DNA of 41,967 nucleotides, taken from assembly GCA_023150835.1 (NCBI GenBank), contig JAKLKB010000052.1, positions 1-41,967 on the forward strand, given 5' to 3'. The DNA comes from Myxococcota bacterium (GTDB taxonomy: Bacteria; Myxococcota_C; UBA6777). The notes below the pieces were generated by a model. The model was not told the DNA's origin and made no database searches. It saw only the letters and a list, made by a program, of their open reading frames with translations. Each line of letters opens with the position of its first letter. Position 1 is the first letter of the stretch. The translations under genes and the position numbers were made by a program. Below are positions 28,851 through 37,246 of this stretch, one piece after another.

Positions 28851-30059
28851 ATGAAACGGTTGACCGATCAAGAGTTGCTCGATCTCCTTGATGACACCGA
28901 GTCTGATCGCGCCGAGCGCAAACAATCCTTCAAAGGCGACACTCCCAGCAAAAGCAGGCAAGCCGTCTGTGCATTTGCCAACGACCTACCCAACCACAAC
29001 GAACCCGGTATCCTCTTTGTGGGCGTAAGAGACGACGGTACCCCTTCACACGAACCGATCACGGATAGGTTGTTGCAATCGTTGGCCGATATGAAAACAG
29101 ACGGCAACATCCTACCGATGCCTGTGATCTCTGTCGAAAAGCGCCTATTAAAAGGGGCCGAGATGGCTGTTGTTGTCGTCATGCCCTCCGATATGCCGCC
29201 CGTCAAGTTCGAGGGACGCATCTGGATCCGCACCGGCCCACGAAGAGCCATCGCCAACGAGCAAGAAGAACGGATCTTGATTGAAAAACGCCGTTATAAA
29301 AATCTGCCGTTTGATCTCTATCCTATCCCAACCGCCCACATCACCGATCTTTCGCGTGTGATCTTTGAAGCTGAATTTCTCCCTGCTGCGTTTGCTTCCG
29401 ATGTATTAGAAGAAAATGGTCGGAGTTACGAAGAGCGTTTGGCTTCTTGCAAGATGATCGTGTCGCCGACAGACACGACACCAACGGTTCTTGGGTTGCT
29501 TGCCTTGGGCAAGAGTCCACAAGATTTTCTGCGTGGCGCGTCTATCCAATTTCTTCGTATCGACGGAATCCATCTCGAAGATCCTGTCGTAGACGAAGAA
29601 GAGATGGGAGGTGCGGTCGTGGAGATGTTGCGTCGCGTTGAAGAGAAATTACGCGCCCACAACCGAAGCGCCGTCGATGTGACCTCCAACGCAACACACG
29701 AGATCGAGCACCCATATCCGATGGCGGCGCTTTTGCAGATCGTCTACAATGCCGTCTTTCACCGAACCTACGAGCGAACGAATGCCCCGATCCGTGTCTA
29801 TTGGTTCAATGATCGGATCGAAGTGAATAGCCCCGGTGGGCCCTACGGAAACGTCACCCCAGAAAACTTTGGTCAGCCGGGTGTCACCGATTATCGCAAT
29901 CCAAATATCGGGGATATCCTAAAGACTTTTGGCTTTATCCAAGGATTTGGTCGTGGGATCGCCATCGCCCGCAAAGAGATGCAGAAGAATGGCAACCCAC
30001 CCATCGAGTTCCAGACCAACCAAAGCCTTGTCTTGTGTACGTTAAGGAAAAAGCCTTGA
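28851..30059 (+). CDS. Schlafen/AlbA_2 domain plus HATPase_c_4-type domain protein
   Basis: ESDRAERK, CAFAN...GILFVGVRDDG (AlbA_2); NAVFHRTY, EVNSPGG, RNPNI, FGRGI (RecG C-terminal-like ATP-binding domain). Confidence 0.85.
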   Translation: MKRLTDQELLDLLDDTESDRAERKQSFKGDTPSKSRQAVCAFANDLPNHNEPGILFVGVRDDGTPSHEPITDRLLQSLADMKTDGNILPMPVISVEKRLLKGAEMAVVVVMPSDMPPVKFEGRIWIRTGPRRAIANEQEERILIEKRRYKNLPFDLYPIPTAHITDLSRVIFEAEFLPAAFASDVLEENGRSYEERLASCKMIVSPTDTTPTVLGLLALGKSPQDFLRGASIQFLRIDGIHLEDPVVDEEEMGGAVVEMLRRVEEKLRAHNRSAVDVTSNATHEIEHPYPMAALLQIVYNAVFHRTYERTNAPIRVYWFNDRIEVNSPGGPYGNVTPENFGQPGVTDYRNPNIGDILKTFGFIQGFGRGIAIARKEMQKNGNPPIEFQTNQSLVLCTLRKKP

Positions 30060-31084
30060 GCGAAAAACCACCCGTCTTAACCTTTTTCAATAACAAAGGA
30101 GGCGTGGGGAAAACCTTGCTGCTCTATCACCTTGCTTGGATGTACGCGAGCCTACACAAGCGAGTTCTGGCAGTCGATCTTGATCCACAATCGAACCTCA
30201 CGGCGTTGTTCCTCAAAGAAGACGCCATCGAAGAGCTTTGGGAGGGAGGGCAAGCAGGGGCAACCGTCTTTCGTGCGATCGAGCCGCTTATGGGGGGGGG
30301 AGGTATCGTTTCGCCTGTGGTGCAAAAGATCACTCCTTCTCTTTATCTCTTGCCCGGCGATGTTGCGCTTTCAAGGTTTGAAGAAACGCTCTCCTCTGCG
30401 TGGCCTGATAGCATGGGTGATCAGAATCTCTATCGCCCGATGCGAGCGCTTTCGGCGTTTTGGCAAGTGATACAGAGCGGGGCAAAGCAGATCGCCGCCG
30501 ATATCGTCTTGGTGGATGTCGGCCCCAATCTGGGGGCGATCAACCGATGCGCTTTGATCGCAACGGACTTTGTGCTCCTTCCTTTGGGGGCGGACTTGTT
30601 TTCCCTTCAAGCTCTGAAAAACCTTGGCCCAACCCTTCGGACATGGCGAAGCCTTTGGCACAAACGCCGCGAAAACTGGTCATCTCGTTCAGAAGCTGCT
30701 CAACATCCAGAGATGGAACTCCCCCAAGGATCGATGCAGGTCGTGGGGTATGTTTGCCAGCAGTACGGGATCCGTTTGGAACGTCCCGTGGTGGCCTACG
30801 AAAAGTGGGCCAATCGTATCCCCGACGCCTACCGAGAAACGGTTCTCGATCAAGAGGCGATCCACGGTCTCCACCCACCCGATGATCCCGAATGTCTCGC
30901 TGTCGTGAAACATTATCGCAGCCTCGTTTCGATGGGCCAAGAACACCACAAACCCATCTTTTCACTCACTTCGGCAGATGGGGCCATCGGCTCCCACGCA
31001 AATGCCGTTCAAAGCGCGAAACACGACTTCAAAGAGTTGGCCCGCAAGATCGCCAACAAGATATCTCTGCCGATGGCCAAATAA
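30056..31084 (+). CDS. ParA/MinD-family ATPase (orphan, no ParB)
   Basis: FFNNKGGVGKT deviant Walker A, DLDPQSNLT, VDVGPNLGAINR; TTG start overlaps the upstream TGA. Confidence 0.9.
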   Translation: MSEKPPVLTFFNNKGGVGKTLLLYHLAWMYASLHKRVLAVDLDPQSNLTALFLKEDAIEELWEGGQAGATVFRAIEPLMGGGGIVSPVVQKITPSLYLLPGDVALSRFEETLSSAWPDSMGDQNLYRPMRALSAFWQVIQSGAKQIAADIVLVDVGPNLGAINRCALIATDFVLLPLGADLFSLQALKNLGPTLRTWRSLWHKRRENWSSRSEAAQHPEMELPQGSMQVVGYVCQQYGIRLERPVVAYEKWANRIPDAYRETVLDQEAIHGLHPPDDPECLAVVKHYRSLVSMGQEHHKPIFSLTSADGAIGSHANAVQSAKHDFKELARKIANKISLPMAK

Positions 31085-31144
31085 TACGAGATCCGCCCAT
31101 CGTGTGATCGTAAAAGCGTAGGGCAGACAGGTGTGACTGCCTCC
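31084..31144 (+). repeat. Left half of the REP-containing element
   Basis: ATACGAGATCCG...GTAGGGCAGACAGGTGTGACTGCC, between convergent genes. Confidence 0.7.
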
Positions 31145-31145
31145 G

Positions 31146-31865
31146 CTATTTTTTGGGTGTGCGTGGTTTGTGGAATGCGAGCGCAGCAGCTTCAGCGCGT
31201 TCGAGGGGGGCTTCGATGTGTTCTTGACGCCAAGGGGCGAGCGCATGGCCATCAGGGTATTTGGCGCGGGTGTAGCGCAAAAAGCGTGTGAATGTTTTGT
31301 CGAGGTATTTTCGTGCGGCGCTCGCTTGTTCGGAGACCGCTTTGCGTTCTTCTTTCGATCCGTGAAATTCGTTGAGGGCTAGGATGTAGTCTTGGTGGGA
31401 AGCTTCAAGCAGAGTCAACCATTCTTCGAGTTGGTGGGCTTGGAGGAAGTCGACGACTTGGCTGTCTTTGGCATCACGAAGAAAGGCTTGTGTCTGCGCC
31501 GCCTCTGCTTTGTAGGGGAGTTCGATGATGGCGCTGATGCCTTTAGGAAAAAGTTTCTTTTGCACAGCTTTGGCTTGGTTGTAGGTGTGTTCTTCGCCTT
31601 TGACAAAGGCTTTGCGTTGGATCGCTTCGATGTGGCTCGCCAAACCTTGGAAGCAAGCGTCCAGAACCGCATCCGCATCGCTCATCCGAGAAGCTTGGGC
31701 TTCTTGTTCTTTCCACGCTTTGAGTGTGGTGAGATGTTCGTTGATCTCGCTGGCGATCTCTTGTGCTGTGGTGTCGTTGTGGAACTTTGTATCTTGGAGA
31801 GCCAAAAGGAAGTCTTCGGCGAGCGTGACCCGCTGCTCGTCTTGGAGGTAAGCGTTCTTTGCCAT
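31146..31865 (-). CDS. All-helical hypothetical protein, DUF6261-like
   Basis: DADAVLD...LFPKGISAIIELPYKAE...LEEWLTLLEASH pattern resembles DUF6261 (by eye); AAGGA RBS. Confidence 0.65.
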   Translation of the reverse strand: MAKNAYLQDEQRVTLAEDFLLALQDTKFHNDTTAQEIASEINEHLTTLKAWKEQEAQASRMSDADAVLDACFQGLASHIEAIQRKAFVKGEEHTYNQAKAVQKKLFPKGISAIIELPYKAEAAQTQAFLRDAKDSQVVDFLQAHQLEEWLTLLEASHQDYILALNEFHGSKEERKAVSEQASAARKYLDKTFTRFLRYTRAKYPDGHALAPWRQEHIEAPLERAEAAALAFHKPRTPKK

Positions 31866-32025
31866 CTGTTCGGCATCCTTTCTTGTGCAAGGAGAGAAGT
31901 GACTTGGGGTGGTGGTTCTTGTTCAGCAGGTCGTATCACAAGCTCTCTTTGTTGAAAAGGGGGGATCGTTTTCGTATGGATGAAGACTTGCGCGGTGGAA
32001 GGGTGTTGTGGGGGCGTTCTGGCCT

Positions 32026-32290
32026 CGGATGGGCTGTCTGGAAAAGCAAAGAGCGTATTCTGGTTTCGGATGGGCTGTCTGGAAAGTCAAACAGCGTATT
32101 CGGGTTTCGGATAAGCTGTCTGGAAAGTCAAACAGCGTATTCGGGTTTCGGATAAGCTGTCTGGAAAGTCAAACAGCGTATTCGGGTTTCGGATAAGCTG
32201 TCTGGAAAGTCAAACAGCTTATTCGGGTTTCGGATGGGCTGTCTGGAAAGTCAAACAGCTTATTCGGGTTTCGGATGGGCTGTCTGGAAA
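32026..32290. repeat. 41-bp tandem array, ~6.5 copies, internally palindromic
   Basis: Unit CGGAT(GG/AA)GCTGTCTGGAAAGTCAAACAGC(G/T)TATTCGGGTTT at 32026, 32067, 32108, 32149, 32190, 32231, 32272. Confidence 0.95.
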
Positions 32291-32301
32291 AGCGGAGAAA
32301 T

Positions 32302-32680
32302 GTAGGGGCAGCCCCGTGGCTGCCCAAGAATAGGGCGTCTACGCATCGCAGATGCGGTATCATACGAAAACCGCGTATTGCGTGATCGGATGATGTAGGG
32401 GCGGTTCGCGAACCGCCCGTCTTTCGGGATGATCACACAACAGGCAGATGTCGTATGGGGGGCAGCCACAGGGGTTGCGATAGACACGGGGTCATTGTTG
32501 TGTCAAACGCACGTGCGTTGGGCAGCCACAGGGGTTGCGACAGACACGGGGTCATTGTTGTGTCAAACGCACGTGCGTTGGGCAGCCACAGGGGGCTGCC
32601 CCTACAGGGACGGGGTCATGATGGCATCCCATACCGCGCATCATCCGTTGTTTTCGTAGGAGCAGGGCTTGCCCCTGCCC
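32302..32680. repeat. Cluster of GTAG REP hairpins with a 60-bp tandem duplication
   Basis: GTAGGGGCAGCCCCGTGGCTGCCC (32302), GTAGGGGCGGTTCGCGAACCGCCC (~32395), reverse copy ending CCCCTAC (~32605), GTAGGAGCAGGGCTTGCCCCTGCCC (32656); 60-bp unit repeated over 32460-32580. Confidence 0.85.
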
Positions 32681-32709
32681 AATACACCACGGTCTGTTCT
32701 GCCACGTTT

Positions 32710-32790
32710 GTTGGGGCAAACGTCCGTCGTTGGGGCAAACGTCCGTCGTTCGGGCAAACGTCCGTCGTTCGGGCAAACGTCCGTCGTTCG
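32710..32790. repeat. 19-bp tandem repeat, 4 copies
   Basis: GGGCAAACGTCCGTCGTT(G/C) at 32714, 32733, 32752 and 32771. Confidence 0.9.
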
Positions 32791-32848
32791 AACATTGGCC
32801 TTTTTTGTACCCAGCGTCGAGTCCGAAGGGGGGAAGTTGAAAGCCCTC

Positions 32849-32876
32849 TTGCGAGAAGAATCTTTCTTGCTACACT
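32849..32876 (+). promoter_or_regulatory. Putative sigma70 promoter of the helicase-MTase operon
   Basis: TTGCGA-16 bp-TACACT, ending about 47 bp before ATG 32923. Confidence 0.45.
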
Positions 32877-32922
32877 CGGAGATATTGGAAAAGAAAACGT
32901 TGGTGAACCTGAGGACGGACAG

Positions 32923-35900
32923 ATGGAACGAACGGACTGGAGTGATTGCGAGATCTTATTTCCGCTGTTGGGTGATGCGAAGAACCAGATACGCTTGACG
33001 CTGCGATCACACAGACGGCTTTCTCAGACCCCGCTGTTTTTCCAAGAACCTCCTCCGCAAGCGTGGGCCTTTCCTGCGGCGCTTTTTTCTTTGGACAGAC
33101 AAGAGCAGCAGAGCCTTGGGCTGGACGAGTTGGCACAACGGGCCGAACAGCGTTTTGGTGTAAAGGTGGCTTGTGTTTCGCTGCGCGTTTGTTTGACAGG
33201 ACAGGCAGAGCGTTTGGGGGGATGGGTACAGGGGCTCTCTCTTGGCCAAGCCGATGTACTTTGTACGGAGCTTGGCTTGGAAGGGGGATGGTATCTGACA
33301 GAGAGCGAAGAGGCGCATCGGTTGGGGAGTGGGGAGGACGTGCTGTTTGTCCATGCGTTGCCGCGCATCGTGTTAGACCCCGAAGAGCGGATCGCAGACA
33401 ACACCGATCCCGAAAAGAGCATGGATCGGCTGCTTGAGCGGTTTTTGATGCAGTTCACCGATCTAGCCGATCAAGCGATGCCGTATGTCGCGATCGCCAC
33501 GGGGTATCTCTACAAAAAAGGTTTGGTGTACTTGCTGCGGTTGTTGGAAAACCAGCACATCCGAAAGCTGCGGTTGTTGTTTAGCGGGCGGGCAGATCGT
33601 GCAACAGCGGATCTTTTGGAACAAGTCTTTCTCTCTGAACTCGATCAACGGGGGCAATCCAGCGATGCCGATCTGCTGTATCAGGCCGTTGAAGAAGAGC
33701 GGTTGGCGATCCGCGTGTATCCGCACGCCTTTTTGCACGCAAAGCTTTATCTCGGTTGGCGATTGATCGACCGACAAGGTTTTCCACAAGGGGCGATGAT
33801 CCTTGGAAGCTCCAACGTGACGGGGCCGGGCTTGCTTCATCATGGGAATCTGGAATTAAATGCGTATGTGGATGACCGCCACACTTTGCGCTCGGTCATG
33901 GGGTGGTTTGAGGCGCGTTGGGAAGAAGCCGAAGAACCCAATGCGCTGTTGTTGCAAGCCCTTGAAAGCCGTCGAGAGATCGCCCCGCCCCCTGCTTTTG
34001 AGATCGAGGGTTTGCGTGAGGTGTGGGAGGCGGGTCGCTTGCGGAAGTTGGAACCTGCTGCGCGTTATCTGGACTTTTTGGCGCGACTGTACCGCCAACG
34101 GATCGATGTCACCCGCGTCGATATCAACGAACCCGCGTTCCCCCCAGACGATCTGCGCCGTATGCTCCCCGCCCCCGAACAAGAAAGCGGTGTGTTGGCC
34201 CTTGCACAGCGTTTGTTGCAACTACGCTTTGCGTTTTTGGCGGATAGTGTGGGGTTGGGTAAAACGGTCACTTCGCTTGGTGTGGCGTGGTATCTCTATC
34301 GACTCCAAGAGATACAAAAGGCGGTTGTGATCGCACCGCGTAAGCTTTTTGGGCAATGGGAGTCTGACCGCAAAGGCATCCGTATGCCCGAAGGCATCGT
34401 CTCTTACGAAAATCGTCATATCTTGGAACGCAAGGATGAAGCCGAGGCACTGCGGGTGCTTGCACCTTTCGATCTCTTGATCGTCGAAGAAGCCCACGAG
34501 ATCTTGCGTTCGCGCAAGAATAAGCTGTGGTCGTACCTGCGGGCGCATCTGCAAAAATATCCCAAGGCGCGGCTTTTGCTTGTGAGTGCAACACCTTGGA
34601 ACAATACCCGCGAAGATATCTTTAATTATATCTTGTTGGCTTGGCACGATGGGCGCTTGCTTTGGGAGTCGTACCCACTTTTGGGATTGCCTCCCACCCG
34701 TAAACATGTCGAATACTTTGTTGGCAAACCCGCTACCGCCGCCAAGACCTTTCTTGAGCTGGCGCGCAACGAATACCGCACGATCTTTGGTGAGACCTTT
34801 GTGCAGCGCACACGCCATCGCATTGCGCGGCTTTATCAACGACAGATCGATTTTCCCACCCGCAATGTTATCCCTTATTCGTTGCCTTCGAGTACACAAC
34901 ACGACGCCTTTTTTGGCGCTCTTGAGCGCGCTTTGGAACAGGCGTTTTTGTCGTATCGTGAGCCCTTTCGGGCGCTTCAACGTGCCGTCGTCGCCGTCCA
35001 TCCCCATCCTCCCCAAGAACTCACCGAGATCCCGATCTCCAACCTCCACCGCTCCTTTGTGATCCAGCTTTACAAGCGGGCGGAAAGCTCTTTCTTTGCG
35101 CTGGCGGTCTCTTTGCGCAACGTCCGTAGCCGCCTCATCACGTTTGAGAAAGAGTTGGTGGAGATCGCTTATACTTCCAAGACGCCACGCGATGACCTCA
35201 AGGCATGGATGGAAAAACAATATCTGCGCTTGAACCTGCTTGCGATAGAGGTGGAGGATATCGAAGAAGTCGACGAAGACTTGATGACCCCCGCTGAAAA
35301 GGCCCGTTATGGCAATCTACATGCGTTGTTTGCACAGCTTGATGACGATAGCGTAAAAGCCGCCGTCAAGCACTTGATCGAATGCGAGGTCGCACCCGAT
35401 CAAGCCCTGTTCTCCGCATTGCAAAAGCAGATCACCCTTCCTATCGAGATCCATTCTCCCAAAGGATTGTATGTGGCCGACCTGCTGCATCTTCACCACC
35501 AAAAACAACGCAAGTTTGTCTTGGTGGCGGGTTATACTGATACCGCAGTGATCAACTTTTTGCGCGCCATCGAAACCATCCCGAAAGCCCGTATCGGCCT
35601 TGCCATCGGTGGGAATGAGGCTTGGATCTATGATCCGCAAACGCATCGACCCAAGCCATTGAGCGAAAACGAATGGGAGTCCGCTCTTTCACTACCCACC
35701 AAAGAGCGTTACGCCAAGCTGCTTGTACAAGCGGGGCGCGCAAAAACAATCGAACGCTCGCGGCTTTTGCAAGCCTTTGCTCCCAAAGCCCAACGCCTCC
35801 CCGCCGCTGAACTCGCAAGTCTGGGCGGAGAAGTCGACGTCTTGGTCGGGTCGGAAGCCATCAGTGTTGGGCAGAACTTGCAAGATGCCACGTCGTTGTT

Positions 35901-37185
35901 TCAGTTGGATATGCCTTGGAACCCAATGGTGATCGAACAGCGGATCGGGCGGATTGATCGGCGAGGTGGCGGTCGTCTCAAAGATCCAGATGATCCACAC
36001 TCCCCAAAAATCGTGGATATCTTCTATTGTTGGAGCCAAAGCGCCATCGAAAACGAGATCACTCTGCGCGATAAACTCAAAACAAAAGCCGAAGCCGCCA
36101 TCCAAGACACCCACTTTGACGAACTGTTGCTTTACGAATTGCGCGATCTGATCGAAGAGATCCGCCAAAAGACAGGCGACTTCCCCGAAGATGGCGAGTA
36201 CAAGGAACAGTTGGCCGCTTTCTTCAAACAACGCCAAGAAGAATTGCTCGAAAAGCAAACCCTCCCCGAAGAGATCAGCGAACAAGCGGGTGCTTGGATG
36301 GAAGGGGTTCGCCACCTCGCAGTCTGGACAGAAACCCAACGCCTCGATCTCACGATCCCGCCGCAACCTGTAGTCGCTTGTGGCTATGCTGAGGCTTCTT
36401 CATCGGGCAGTTGGAAGATCACACTTGAACTCCAACCCTACGATGAGCGCGGTCAACGCTTGGGCTTGCCGATCTTTGAAAGCCTCTCCATCCCCGCAGA
36501 TATCCAACTCCCGCTCGAACAGGATCTGGAGGCCGTCGTGTTGTCGCTCCTCGATGGACAACAACGCCAAGCCCACCGCACCGCACCACCGCTCTCTGCC
36601 AAAGCATGGCGACTCTCCCTCGAAGCCCTTCAACAACGCCTCCGTGCTTTCCAACAAAGCTATCTCGACCAACACAACGAGCAGATCCGACAAAAGGCCG
36701 TTGCCCTCAATCAACAAAAGCGAACCAGCCCCACCGCCGCTTTTCGTTTGCTCTGCGGTAAAGCTCTCACCGCCGTCCAAAACGAGATCAAGAACAACCC
36801 CTTTTACAAGACATCCGAAGGGCGCGAACACATCCAATCCATCGGCGAAAAACTCAAGTTTTTCTTGACCCTGCTCACTCCCCCAGAAAACCACCGCGTC
36901 CTTCAAGATGCCGACGAGCGCGAGATCGAAAGCGCACTGCAATTTGTCTCTCTCCAACCAAGGCGCTTTTTGCGAGAGGACTTTGAAACCTTCTTTCTGG
37001 CGGTTGCCGGCCCTGCGTGGAGTGAAGACCTCGACCAGAAAAAGGGTCTCACTCCCTCCAACGCACAGCTTGAACTTGTGCAAGTCTCCTCAGACTTCGA
37101 TTCCACCCGCTCCATCGAACGCGCCGCCGAAGGCCGCTGGACAACCCTCTCGATCAAAGTCGTCGCGGCTGCTTTCCTCGCATGA
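32923..37185 (+). CDS. PLD-family nuclease domain fused to an SNF2-like SF2 helicase/translocase
   Basis: HAKLY...GSSNVT...N.ELN (PLD); LADSVGLGKT, IVEEAH, VSATP, SVGQNLQ and PWNPMVIEQRIGRIDR helicase motifs. Confidence 0.88.
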   Translation: MERTDWSDCEILFPLLGDAKNQIRLTLRSHRRLSQTPLFFQEPPPQAWAFPAALFSLDRQEQQSLGLDELAQRAEQRFGVKVACVSLRVCLTGQAERLGGWVQGLSLGQADVLCTELGLEGGWYLTESEEAHRLGSGEDVLFVHALPRIVLDPEERIADNTDPEKSMDRLLERFLMQFTDLADQAMPYVAIATGYLYKKGLVYLLRLLENQHIRKLRLLFSGRADRATADLLEQVFLSELDQRGQSSDADLLYQAVEEERLAIRVYPHAFLHAKLYLGWRLIDRQGFPQGAMILGSSNVTGPGLLHHGNLELNAYVDDRHTLRSVMGWFEARWEEAEEPNALLLQALESRREIAPPPAFEIEGLREVWEAGRLRKLEPAARYLDFLARLYRQRIDVTRVDINEPAFPPDDLRRMLPAPEQESGVLALAQRLLQLRFAFLADSVGLGKTVTSLGVAWYLYRLQEIQKAVVIAPRKLFGQWESDRKGIRMPEGIVSYENRHILERKDEAEALRVLAPFDLLIVEEAHEILRSRKNKLWSYLRAHLQKYPKARLLLVSATPWNNTREDIFNYILLAWHDGRLLWESYPLLGLPPTRKHVEYFVGKPATAAKTFLELARNEYRTIFGETFVQRTRHRIARLYQRQIDFPTRNVIPYSLPSSTQHDAFFGALERALEQAFLSYREPFRALQRAVVAVHPHPPQELTEIPISNLHRSFVIQLYKRAESSFFALAVSLRNVRSRLITFEKELVEIAYTSKTPRDDLKAWMEKQYLRLNLLAIEVEDIEEVDEDLMTPAEKARYGNLHALFAQLDDDSVKAAVKHLIECEVAPDQALFSALQKQITLPIEIHSPKGLYVADLLHLHHQKQRKFVLVAGYTDTAVINFLRAIETIPKARIGLAIGGNEAWIYDPQTHRPKPLSENEWESALSLPTKERYAKLLVQAGRAKTIERSRLLQAFAPKAQRLPAAELASLGGEVDVLVGSEAISVGQNLQDATSLFQLDMPWNPMVIEQRIGRIDRRGGGRLKDPDDPHSPKIVDIFYCWSQSAIENEITLRDKLKTKAEAAIQDTHFDELLLYELRDLIEEIRQKTGDFPEDGEYKEQLAAFFKQRQEELLEKQTLPEEISEQAGAWMEGVRHLAVWTETQRLDLTIPPQPVVACGYAEASSSGSWKITLELQPYDERGQRLGLPIFESLSIPADIQLPLEQDLEAVVLSLLDGQQRQAHRTAPPLSAKAWRLSLEALQQRLRAFQQSYLDQHNEQIRQKAVALNQQKRTSPTAAFRLLCGKALTAVQNEIKNNPFYKTSEGREHIQSIGEKLKFFLTLLTPPENHRVLQDADEREIESALQFVSLQPRRFLREDFETFFLAVAGPAWSEDLDQKKGLTPSNAQLELVQVSSDFDSTRSIERAAEGRWTTLSIKVVAAAFLA

Positions 37186-37246
37186 TCGCACACACCCTTG
37201 TTTTTCTCCGCCTGATTTGTCCCCCACGCAAAGGAGATATCTCACC

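Noticed and set aside
32026-32290. CRISPR or TIGR-type guide array call for the 41-bp repeat
   Set aside because: No variable spacer segments, and no Cas or Nop-domain protein recognised nearby.
32455-32922. N-terminal extension of the helicase ORF
   Set aside because: Translates REP and tandem repeats; a promoter-like sequence and GAGG RBS support ATG 32923.
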